Shown: piece after piece, positions 13,287-25,217 of the stretch
Numbering within the stretch: the stretch's first letter is position 1
Layout of the letters: each line of letters opens with the position of its first letter
DNA from: Entomortierella parvispora E1425
Taxonomy: Eukaryota > Fungi > Mortierellomycota
Direction of reading: 5' to 3'
DNA: 64,000 nt
Assembly (NCBI GenBank): GCA_020891255.1
Contig: BQFW01000008.1
Location: forward strand, 1,736,001-1,800,000
Program-made: the position numbers and the translations under genes
Notes under the pieces: model-generated
What the model was told of the DNA's origin: nothing
The model's database searches: none
What the model saw: the letters and a program-made list of their open reading frames with translations, nothing else

Positions 13287-14048
13287 ATGACTGTGATCAA
13301 CATCAAGTGGGGAAGAGAGAAAAAGTCTTTCGACTTTCCAGAGAGAACCTTAGCCGATGTTCGGTTAGGAGAGCTGCGCAAGGGATGCCACGGGTGGTCT
13401 AGAGTTCCTCTCGGAGGTCTGACTCTGATCTATGGAGGTGCTACTATGAAGGACGACAACGCCCCTCTGTCCTGTTTTGGGATCAAGCCCAATGCACAGA
13501 TCGTCATGATGGGAACTCGGCCAAGTGTAAGTGTCTAAATACATAGCTCTCAGTGCCAATGTCGCAGTGAATTGAGATAAGGCGCAATTGGCTTGATGGA
13601 AGCTATGAGGACTCACCCAATGCATTGATCTCGAACACATTAGAAAACGGATATCAGCACATTGACAACTCATGGAGATCCAGAAGAGTACGCTCTGATC
13701 GTCAAGATCCAGACTTCACTCCAAAAGACCATGGAACTTGTGGCAGAACATGTGCCGAAATACGAGATTGCAGTTGAGAACTATATTCAATCGAATCCCG
13801 GACCTGTCAACCTGAACGACCCTCATCTGCCCCCAGCAAGAAAGAGCCTTCAAGATTCACATACACTCCTCTCCGAGAACTTGATGCGATCCCTTTTGGT
13901 CTTTGATGGCGTAGTCTGCAAACCGGATTTCGAGGTTGCTCGTGCCACTAGGCGTGAGGCTGTGAAGGAAACACAGAGGATCTTGGATGTCATTGATGGT
14001 ATGAATGCCAAAGTCAAGTCCTGCGACAGTTCATCTCTTCCAAACTAA
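13287..14048 (+). CDS. BAG1/Bag101-like co-chaperone (ubiquitin-like + BAG domain), 2 exons
   Basis: UBL-like N-terminus (INIKWGREK...LTLIYGGATMKDDNAPLSCFGIKPNAQIVMMG); BAG helices (LSENLMRSLLVFDGV...RATRREAVKETQRILDVID); intron 13527-13643. Confidence 0.85.
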
Positions 14049-14407
14049 ATAAAGATTGAGATCATGAGTTTAGAGAAGAGAAGTAACATGTTTTATTATG
14101 GGAATATTTTGCAAATGAGAATAGTGGTAAAGGATTGCAAAAGAGAGATTATTCAACAAGTGTTTTTGTATTTTTTTGTAGTAAGGCAACCAGGGAAAAA
14201 AAAGGGGCAAGGCAAACGGTAAAAGCAAAGGGTAGTCGAATAAGTAGCACAAAGTCATAAAAGAAATAAAGAAGTAAAGAAGTGGTCGAAACAAAAGAGA
14301 GGAGCGAAAGGACAAGAAAAACAATTCAAAAATGGTCAATGGTATCTTGACATGGATATCATGCAAGGTCTCGCAAACCAGCCACACTTCAAGGAGCAGT
14401 AACTGTA

Positions 14408-17400
14408 TTAACGACCCCAACCGCGGTCCAGTGGGGATTCTGCCAAAAAAGGAAGGGCCGAAGGGGAAAGCGTAGACCCCATCAAAGAAGAGGAACCACC
14501 AGTGCGTCCATTCGTCTGGTTGTCCATCGAGTTCCCGAGGCCAGAGAGGGCATTGTTCGAAGGGGCATTACCATGACTAATAGTGCCACCACCAATGATC
14601 CCCCCCAAGCCGCTGGAGAATATATCCCGGTCATTACTGAACGCGGATCCAGACAAGTTCAAAGAAGCACCAATCGGAGAGCGACCAGAGCCGATGCTGT
14701 TTTCTTGCTGCCCGATCGTGTGTCTAGCCATGGCACTCACGAGTGACTTCCGAGCGTAAAGGTCAGAGCTGCTGTTGCTGAGGCGAATGACATTCGGTGG
14801 AGTGGTCACCGGTTGCTGAGACGAGCTGTTTTGGTGATACAACTGTTGGTTGCTGTACATTGAGCCCATGGAAGGGACGGACCCTCTTCTGTTAGACACC
14901 ACGGGTGGGCCTCCGAGTGAGTTGAATCCACTGTTAGTTCCAGGATACTGCTGTTGATATTGCGAGTTGAAGGAACGGTACTTGTTCCTCATATCGTCAA
15001 AGGGTTCGTCACCCTCATCCTCCGTAGAAATATCGTCACTGTTGACACTTCCGCCAGTGGATCCAAGGCCTGTACCTAAAAACATTGTATGGTGGCTCGC
15101 ACTACTGGTGTGACTCGAGTGACGTTGTCGCTGTTGAGGGTATTGACTGGATAAATTGCTGTTGGGCTGTGAAGGGTATGTTTGGCTGGACGGGTGCTGC
15201 TGTTGGTATACCATCTGCTGTTGATGGGTTCGAGCACTGCCGCTGTTGAGAGATGGCCCATAACCGGGCCCGAAGGCAGGACCAGACATCATCTTGTCCT
15301 CCAAAAATTGCAAGCTATCACGAGAACCTGAGGAGGTACCTGAGAGGGGCCGCTGGGGTGAAGGCTGATGGTGATGGAGTTGCTGGTGTTGTTGACTGGG
15401 CGACTGGTGACCCATAAAACCAGAGAATCCATTGCTCGAAGAACCCTGCACTGGGGAGTTGTTGTTGGAGTACAAGTGGCCCGAGGGTGCAGAAGGGGTT
15501 TGATAGCTTAGAGCGCCGCCTCCATAGGGTCCTTCAGGTGAAAAGATCTGCGATTGCTGACTCTGATTGTTGGTAGAGAAAAATCCACTTGGAGAGTTAC
15601 CATGCATACCTCCGGACGCCGAGTTGGACATTCCAGGTGGTGGTGTCCGGAACTGACCAATCGAACTGGGATATCCAGATGTAGAAGATTGAACCTGAGG
15701 GTGTTGTTTACCAGGACTGCCCCAAGGATCAATAGGCAAAGACGTAAGTCTGTTATAAGGTGACTGGCTGGTGTGCTGGATACTGTTGGCTGGCTGGTTA
15801 CCGGTAAATGCTGGTCCTGATGCGGTCATTGTAGCATTGAGTCCTACAGAGGATCCAGGGACAGACGTCAATTGACGGGAGTGCTGTTCTGGCCAACGAG
15901 GAGGCGATGAGGCGAGGGGTGGGAGGCCCCCTGCTGATGGCCCTTGAGGGAACAGGGATCGAATATCTGGAGCGACCATCGATCCAGGACCACTCATGTT
16001 GGCACTGTGACTACCGTTAACAGGCCCGGGGGCGCGACTCATGGAATCGAAAGCGTTGCCGGCGTTCTCAAACAGTGAGTAATTGAGGAATGCTGGGGCA
16101 GGAGTAGGGAGTTCTAAAGGATCAGAAGGATGAGTGTCAATGTCTCTGGATAATATAACGATCGTTGAAGTCTGCTAAATAAGTCGAAATCTTACCTCCT
16201 CCAGCGACCGATGACAGGATCTTGCTGTTAAAATGTGGGAAGGCTTCAGCGAAAGAGTCCGATCGAGGTCTTTGGACGCGGATTTCATCATCGTAGACTT
16301 CAATTTGGTTATCAATAAGATATTGAACCAAAAGTTCCTTGGCGCTCTGAAGGTAGTCCTCGTTGTTCCGGCTGTACTTGAAAATGAATACAAGATCCTC
16401 TTCCTCGCTGTCTTCGTCTTCATCATCGCTATCTGTAAGGCTACTGAGAGATCGAGTTAACTTTTCATCTGTTTGCTCCTCCGTGTCGGTTTTGGTAGAA
16501 ATGGGCTTCGTGTCTGCAGTGGGCTGTGCTTTTGTGTCAGACTCGGTGTCCGCACTAGACTCTGCAACCTTGGGCTTTGTTGCCTCGTTAACTTCTGGAA
16601 CAACAAGAGTCATATTCCACTCCTTCTTCATCTTGACCAAGACGTCGCTCTGGAACTCGGGCTTAGACAGGACTCGGCCCATAGCCTCAGAATACGGCAC
16701 TGGGTACACATACTGTTCATCCACGAGGGAGAGGAGCATCGACGTGGCTTGCTGAATCAGACTCTCGGGTCCAGAGATCCACACAGTGTCGCTTCCTGTC
16801 TCTTTCTCAGGGAACATGACCATGGCATTGGTAGCCTCCTGCATCTCATGAAGAGCCTTGGAGTGATCCGATAAGAGCGAGAGATGGTATTGTTTGGGAA
16901 TGGTCAGGGAGTGGTGTACAAAGTCCTTGTCCTTTGGATTGACCAGCTCCATAACTGCGTGCTTGAGGTTGTCGAGATTCAGTGCGTTCTTTGATGGTGT
17001 TCTTGCGACAACGTTGTCCAAGTTGTCGAAATAGCCTCCAAGGTTAGCAAACTCTTCCGAGTTTGAGAACTTGACATACACACCAAACTTTTTCATGATA
17101 CGTTGAATATTCTTGCCCCCGACACCAATGATCCGCTTGTGATACGTCTCCGGCACGTAAAACGAAATTTCAGCGGGCAACTCCTCCTGAAGAAGCGCAA
17201 GGGCTTCAACAGCTTTGACAGCAATGGTGGAGCTGAGATCGACGTAAAAGTTGTACTCGTTACAGGGATCAAACTTGATCTTTGCACCTGTGGCCTTCAT
17301 GATTCGGTTGATTTTGCCGTTCTTTTTTCCAGAGATAAACTCGCGATGTTCATTCGCCAGCTCAACCGAGAACTTGACCTCATAATGCAAAGTCTTAATA

Positions 17401-19516
17401 AAGTCAATCTCAGAGAGAAACTGTACGGCCATCCTTGTTTGAATCTCGTTTCCAAAAATGAAGAATCCATTGTTCCTGAACTCGACCTCAGCTCCAGAGG
17501 ACTGTGAAACCAGCTTTGAGATGTTGGCAAATGGAGAAAGTGTGTTGGGAGGAGACATAGGGACGGCAACCAAGTTATCTCGGATAGCTACGAGCATGTT
17601 GATTGAGCCGGAGTGAAATTGAGAGGACTAGGTGCGAACAAGAGAGATATTAGGATAGATCCCGCAAATATAGAAAGAATGCGAGAGCGTGCATATAACT
17701 TACCAGCTGCATCACAGTACGGATGGTTCTCTCCACATTGACCCTAGATTCTCCGTAGACGAAAATAATAGGGTGACTGGCGCCCAGTGGTGGGAAGGCG
17801 ATGAAGGTAGCGTTGTCGGTCATAATAGAACGCAGTTTGTCGCGGTGGTTCAGCAACATCCAGTCAAGTTTGCGAGACGCAATATTGACTTGACGAGTGC
17901 AAGAAGGTGCCGCTTGTTGTGCACGAGAATAAGCTCGAGAAAGCGTGTCCTTGACGATCTGTACGTTGGCGGGTTCACCAGTTATGATAATCTCGTTGTT
18001 CCTGGGATCGACTGGACTTCCACTCTTGTTGACAGTCTGTACAAACGGGGAGGCAAAGTAGATGCTTGTGCGAGTCTTGGCCATAAGGTCCTGCGCATCT
18101 TGGCGTTTGCGACCTCCGATCATGTTTTGGAACTTGAGCTCTACCTGAAGCCTTTCCTGAACAACCCCTGACTGCAACGAGTCGATGGCTGCCAGAAGCA
18201 AAAGTCTCGCCGCTTCAGCATTCTCCCAAGTCCCTGAAATAAGCAACTCTGCCATTTCCTGACGAGCATGAGCAGCAATGGCGGATTTTGCTGAGGGAAG
18301 AGCATGGAACTGGCTCGAAACTAAGCTGATGGAGGTCTTTGTCGCGATTGAAATCTGGTCCACCTGGACCTTGAACTCAGGCAGAACTGTCAGGTAGGTG
18401 GAAAAAGACGAAACTGCGGGAGGTGCGGGGGCAGTGGGTGACGCCGATGGAGATCTGTCTCCTGAAAGTTGATCCTGGCCTTGAGATTGGGTATTGCTGT
18501 CGGTGGTGGGTGTTTCTTTGTCTTGGGCGGGTATGGGGGTTGCTGGAGATTGCTTTGTAGCATTGGTGGTGGTCGTAGTGGTGGTTTTAGACTGATCTGT
18601 CACTGCTGGGAGATCTACACTAGGGTCGACAGTGATGGCGGTCTTGCCGATCTTGACAGAAAGTTTTGGCTACAGAGAAGAAGAATTTGGTGGCGTTGAG
18701 CAAATAGCACGGAAGACGAGCACAGGATCAAGCTCCTCAGTATCAGTATCCACTCTGGGACACCACAGCATCAGGACAAGCAAGTAGGGCGAGGTGAGGT
18801 GAGGTGACGCTATCCTTTGGCCGTCATGCAAGTCAGCTTGCCAGCCACAGGTGAGACACACCACGCTTCGTTCTGCCTGGTTGTCCTCAGCGGTGTCAGA
18901 TTGGACAGAGAGAAAATCATAACAAAAAAAAAAAAATCCCCAATCATAGCAGACGCAAAGTGGGCAGAAAGAAAAAGAGCTGCCCGTTGACGTGTTTGAT
19001 GGCTTGCCAGCATGCAGGTCTGTGTCTGCGTCTGTCTGTTTGTCCGTCTGTCTGCAGGTCTGTGCAACATGCGCAAGAGACTCAATCAGGTCCAATGCAG
19101 ACGGAATTCAAATTGCAGTCCCGCCTCTCCTTCCTCTCTCAGTCCAAATTGAATCCACTGTCATTTGCGGCCTGGATCCTGCAATTAGATCCCACATGGG
19201 GGGAGAGCAGGGTAAATGCGGAAATGGAATATACCTTTAGAGGATTATTGCGAATGAGGGCACCTCTGGCCAACATAACATTCTGATAAGCACCGGAAAT
19301 GGTGACATTGTACACAGACTGGTGGGTATCGATCGACAGTCTCTTCTTGGCTTGTGAATTGTTCAGGCTGACATCGAGGATCGCCTGACAGTGGTGACTA
19401 CGACCAATCTCCATGCACAGTTGTTGGAATGCATTCGTTATGGTCTCGTCCACTGGGCCAGTCTGTGCTGGTGTAGGACAAGGAAAGCATAGCGAGAGGA
19501 TCGTGTTCTCTGCCAT
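14408..19516 (-). CDS. Multi-KH-domain RNA-binding protein (Bicaudal-C/Mug60-like) of about 1461 aa with a long low-complexity tail, 4 exons
   Basis: Exons 19516-19235, 18669-17704, 17627-16196, 16113-14408 join in frame; KH GxxG loops (MIGGRKR, ISGKKNGKINRIM, RIIGVGGKNIQRIM) plus degenerate KH repeats. Confidence 0.88.
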
Positions 19517-22500
19517 GGTTTGTCGAGGTGGCGCTGCTTCCTTAAGGAGAGGTCGATCGCCGCTGGAGCAGAAGGTATGGGGGGACTGATTTAGGCGCGG
19601 TGCGTGGAAAGGTGCGAGTGTAGGGTGGTGTGGCTGTGATCTATGGAGAAGGATCGACAGGGCTCAGGTCTAGGACTTTGGTCTTTCGAGAGCTGGATAG
19701 GGTTGAGTGTGGCGTGGCGTGAGTGCGAACGATAAAGGAAGGGTCCAAGGAAACGAAGCCAAAGAGCTGACACGAGAGCCAGAGAATGAACAGGGAACGA
19801 GAGAAAGAGTTAAAACGGTGAGCAACGGTCCGTTAGCGTGGAGAAATCGTGAAGAAATCGAACCGTTCAAAAAAAGGAAAGAATAAAGGAGGTGGAACAA
19901 ATGAATGCGAGCAGAAAACGATGGGAAGAATGGCACTCACACAGCTGATGATGGTGAGAACGAGAAGTGTCGAAGGAAGAGGAAAGGAATAGTGGAACAG
20001 CGGATGAAGGCAGAGAGAAAGAAGAGAAAGAAAAACAGAGAAGCAGAGTGGCGCCGTGTGAGTGGCCAGAAAGATTTTTTTTTTTCTTCAGTAATGTGAC
20101 ATGACGATGTGCGCAGGAACAGAAGCGACTGTTCCTATGCACCACCTTCTCGACCTTCAAAGAACTTTGGCAGAGACAGTCAGATCTCTCGTATCCACTC
20201 TGCATCTTATACATTGCCTTCACGGGTCATTCTGATGGTATTGATCGTGATGCTATGATAGAGTGTGGTTGCTCTGTCGGGTCCATTGTGACAGCACTCG
20301 AAGATACGGATCGAGAGAGCCCATTGTACCAAAGAGCACGTCGTGTGCGTCGACGAACGAGCACAGCAAAAGATCGCGTGCACACGTTATAAAAAAATGG
20401 CGGGAAAACGGTTTGTGGACACAGCCCCAGTTCACCTTTGGCGAAATCTTTGCCTTGCCTTTTTTGATCAGAAATCTGATCACACGGACTGCCACCACCC
20501 CTGCGCTAACCTTGCCGAGAGTCTACGCTTTACAAGCCATCCAAAGCGATCTATACCCGGTTCAGCCACCTTCACCAGCGTACAAATATCAGTGCTGAAA
20601 GGAAAAGAGATGTTGATCCTGGCCTTCAACGAACGTTATATTTCAACAGCACAACGTCTGCACGACACTGATCTAGCGTTCCAGCAAGTCCTTATGATCG
20701 GCGCTGAAAGGGACAGCTCAGCCGTTGATTTTCACCAGAATTTGATTTAGGTGCCTCTTTTTTTTTTCTTTCTTTACCTCATCGTCCTGCTGGATAGGAA
20801 TGGATCGAGATGTGGAATCCATTATGTCCTCGATTTAGCCAATGCCTTTTGCATTGACTTTAACTACATGCCCAGGGGTAGTTCGAGGACCCAGTAGGAA
20901 TTGGGCATGAGAACATTATAAATTTCAATAAGGATTGAAGGAACAAAAGAAAGGAGAGCAATGTACATATTATGAGCCAGCAGTTCATTTGGAAACTAGG
21001 CGGAGGTCACTAGAGTGGGGAGATTTCGACTAATTGGATTGGTCAAACAGCCATGGGGAGGGCAGAGGGCCTAACGGCGAAAATCTCCATGTGCTCTTTC
21101 TGCATGTTCGCAAGGGTTCATCCGGGTGCACTCAAACTGTCGAGGTTCTGCTGCAGAACGGGGATGAGTCCGCTTTCATCTCAACGCTCCATGAACGTAA
21201 TATCGATTGGTAGCGAGGAAATCTGTGGGACAACAAACAATAAAGACCTTCGGAGAATTGTCCGAGAAGGTGCGACAGCGACGGAGTGAACGCCATAAGG
21301 GCCAGGCCAAGCAAGCACAACTGCGGTCAATCGAGGCTGGCCAATAACAGTCAATGCTCTCTGCGCGGAAATTGTCCCTGGATGAACTTGGTCGCTTCCT
21401 CTTCGGGATTGGCCTGCAAAAGACCTTCCCTTGTCCCAAAGTAGCGCGCGAGTACATTGCACCAATATAGTCTGCGGCCCAGGCACACAGGGGTGCTGCA
21501 GGAGTAGGTATTCCGTCCTTCCCACGGTCCTTTTGTGTGAATTGTTGGTCAATTACCCCATCTTTCTCAGTTTTTTCTACATATTAGACTATAGCACCAC
21601 TGGAGCCACCCTCCTGGCCCTCGCCGGAGGAAAAAAAAGTTTCCAGATCTTTTGGGACACGCAACACCCAGGTCATCAACAGACTGCCCCCCCTGCGATT
21701 CCCCAACTCAAACCCTGTACTGTTGCACAAGGGAGAGAACCTTTTTCCGAACGCCCAAAATGTAAACAACTCATCCACTCGACCCCGGCTCTCGCTCTGT
21801 TTTTGTTTGTTTGCTCTCGGGAGTCTACCACGGCCCACTACACAAAAGGATATTGACGTCCCTGGGAAGGTACCTTTCCTCATGTTGAGTTGGTCGACTA
21901 CATACAGTCGTCTGCATGTATGTACGTACTGTACAAACAGCTGGATCAGCTGGTTGGAGTTGTATATGGCAATTTCCGAGCTAGTGTACACAGCGTGTGT
22001 GTATCTCCATTGTGACCAATAGTAGAAAGAAAGAAGGGTGGAGGGGAGCAAGGGGCGAGACAGGTTCCGACAAGCACGCGAGATGGTCTTTCAGCTCTCT
22101 CCGCCATGGTCGGTCTCCGAATTGTCCCAGTGTGCGAGTGAGAACATTTTTATCAAATCTCTCTATCGGCGGCTAATTCATGAAGAATGAAGATGGGGCT
22201 GTCGGTTCTCAAGCCGACAGCGAATCCAAGAGAAGAAGAAGAGGGCAATAACCGGCAAGCATACCGACAAGCTGGCTACAAAATAAAAACAATCCCCGCC
22301 AAGGTTCTGCCGTCCAAAAAAAAAAAAAAAGGCACCGGCTACTATTCTCCGACAGAAGGTCGACTTGAAAAAGCCAAATTGGGGGCCGATCTGAGACTGC
22401 ACCAAGGAAAAGAGACCCGCTCAGTGCAGCCAACGAGCTGTCGAAGCAAACGGTGTTATCGCATCTCTGTTGCCTTTCTGGGACATCTGAGTCGTCGCTG

Positions 22501-23305
22501 GTGTCTCTCGGCCTCTCTGGGCCGCTTGCCCAGGCGAGTATTTTTGCCTTGCAACCCCATTCGCTCACGCCCTGATCGACCTCTGGAGCGGGGGCCATTG
22601 ATCTAAACCCAATGGCCAGCCATGTGGAGCCTGTTTACCGTGGAAAAATAAAGGGGGAGAGACACAAGCACAGACGAGCAGGCAAGCAGGCAAGCAGGCA
22701 CAAGGGCGAAAACAATCATCAGTTGCTGCAAGAGGGCGAAAGAATGCAGCAGTGCAGTGTCAATCGACATTATTCATCATTGTTGCAACAACCGGACCCA
22801 TGCCCCCATTCACAACAGCAAGGCGTGCGAAAGTTGGCTAGAGTGGCCAGGAAGAGAAAAAGAGTTTTGCAAGAGCCAACATAATTCACGAATACAATGC
22901 GCTAACCATCGTCATCGATTGAACTGACTGAATCTTTATTGTAAAGTTAACCCCTGTGTTTGGTTGGTCCCCTCCCAGGATAGACAGGGACCGTCTGCTG
23001 GCGGTTTCTCTTCTTCTCTGGGCTTCTTCTCCCCCGATCGGGGTTCACCTTTCTTATAAAGAGCGTCCCTTTCCACTTTTTTTTTTTCTTCCTCACATCT
23101 CTTCTTCATCCTTCATCCTCCTCGACTGTCGTTGCTGCTGCTCCTTCTTGGCTGTCTGTCTGCAACACACCCCTCTCCCCCCTCTTCCTCCTCCTCCCTT
23201 CCCATCTCATCTCTGCCTTCACCCCAGATCTGATCATACCCCTGTCTGTCGCATCTCTACCTCACTCACACCTCACACCCTTCTTTACGACTTCAACTCA
23301 TCACC

Positions 23306-25133
23306 ATGAAGCGTGAATACGACGACGATACTACCGTCTCGCCTGCTGTCGAGATGGCCTACAAGAGTGACCCCATGATGGCTGCTGTCCACAGCTCACT
23401 TCACCCTCACAACAAGGAGGCTACCCATATGACCGAGGTCATCGAGGGCGATGGTCGTGAGCCAACCCTCGAGGAGGAGAGCACCCTCCGCAGGGTCGCT
23501 GATCACATCCCTGCTTCTGCCTGGTTGGTTGTCGTGGTCGAGTTCTGTGAACGTTTCACCTACTATGGTCTCTCGGGTCCATTCCAGAACTACATCCAAT
23601 ACCCATATACCTCAGAGCGCGGAGCTGAGCATCCCGGTGCCATTGGCAAGGGCCAGCAGACCGCCACAGCTCTCAACTACTTTTTCCAATGTAGGTTTCA
23701 CAGATCGCTGTTTTGAATTGGCTGCGCTGCGAATCTTTACTGATAATTTTTTGCTCTACATTACTTTAGTCTTCTGTTATGTCACTCCTATTCTCGGAGC
23801 CATTGTTGCTGACCAGTACCTGGGCAAGTACAAGACCATTTGCGTCTTCTGCGGCATCTACATGCTCGGAGTCTTGGTCTTGACCTTGACTTCCATCCCC
23901 GTTGCTATCCTCCACGGCGCTGCCTTGCCCGGTCTTGTCATTGCCATGGTCATCATCGGTTTGGGTACCGGAGGTATCAAGGCCAACGTTTCCCCTATGG
24001 TTGCTGAGCAGTACACCGGCACCAAGCCTACCATCAAGACCCTCGAGACTGGTGAGAAGGTCATTGTCGACCCCAATGTCACTGTCCAGTCTATTTTCAA
24101 TTGGTTCTACTGGTCGATCAACTTGGGTTCCCTCTCTGCTATCATTACCACCAACGCCGAGAAGTACTACGCCTTCTGGTTGGCTTACTTGATCCCCTTG
24201 CTCATGTTCAATGGTGCCGTCTTGGCTCTTTGGTGGGGCAAGGACAAGGTTGTCAAGACCCCTCCTCGTGGATCCGTCTTGTTGGAAGCCTTCCGTGTCT
24301 TTGGCATTGCCATGAAGAACGGTAACAACCTCGACGCTGCCAAGCCCTCTGAGATCCAAGCCCGCATGCCCGAATCCGACCTTGCCTTTGTTACCTGGGA
24401 CGACGTCTTCATTGATGAGCTCCGCCTCACCCTCAAGGCCTGCTCCGTCTTCTGCTTCTTCCCCTTGTACTGGGTCATTTACAACCAGATCACCACCAAC
24501 TTGACCTCCCAAGCCGGTACCATGCTCTTGTACGGAATCCCCAACGATGTCGTCAACAACATTGATCCCATTGTCTTGATCATCTTCATCCCCATCTTTG
24601 ATAAGATTGTCTACCCTGGTTTCCGTCGCATGGGTTTGGAGCTCAAGCCTGTCACCCGTATCTCCCTCGGTTTCTTGTTCGCTGCCATTGCCATGGCCTG
24701 GACCGCCATTGTCCAGCACAAGATTTACATCACCGGCCCCAACTACGCTTGCACTCTTTGCGATCCCAACCAGACCCCCAACAACGTCTCGATCGCTTGG
24801 CAAATTCTTTCATACTTCTTCATTGCCATCTCTGAGATCTTTGCCTCCATCACTGGTCTCGAGTTTGCATTCACCAACGCCCCCGCAACCATGAAGTCTG
24901 TGGTCATGTCCATCTTCTTGTTCATGAACTGTGCCGGTGCCTTGCTCGGCTTTGCCTTCTTGCCCTTGACCAAGGATCCTTTGCTTCTCTGGATGTACAC
25001 CGGTTTGGGTGTTGCTGCTTTCATTATTTCGGCCGTCATCTACTACTTGTTCCGTGATTACGACAAGACCATGATTGCTGAGAAGTTGGCCCTTCAGGCC
25101 AAGTACGATGCCAGGGCTGAGAAGGACCTCTAA
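23306..25133 (+). CDS. PTR2: POT/PTR family proton-dependent oligopeptide transporter, one intron near 23691-23769
   Basis: ExxERFxYYG motif (EFCERFTYYG), GAIVADQYLGKYKTI, GTGGIKANVSP, FYWSINLGS, EIFASITGLEFAFTNAP; about 12 hydrophobic segments. Confidence 0.95.
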
Positions 25134-25217
25134 AAAAACGCACTTAATATTGCACCTATCCCATCGTCATCTCAAGGACGCTTAGCTCCTTTGTAATAAA
25201 TTGTATTCTACATTTTT

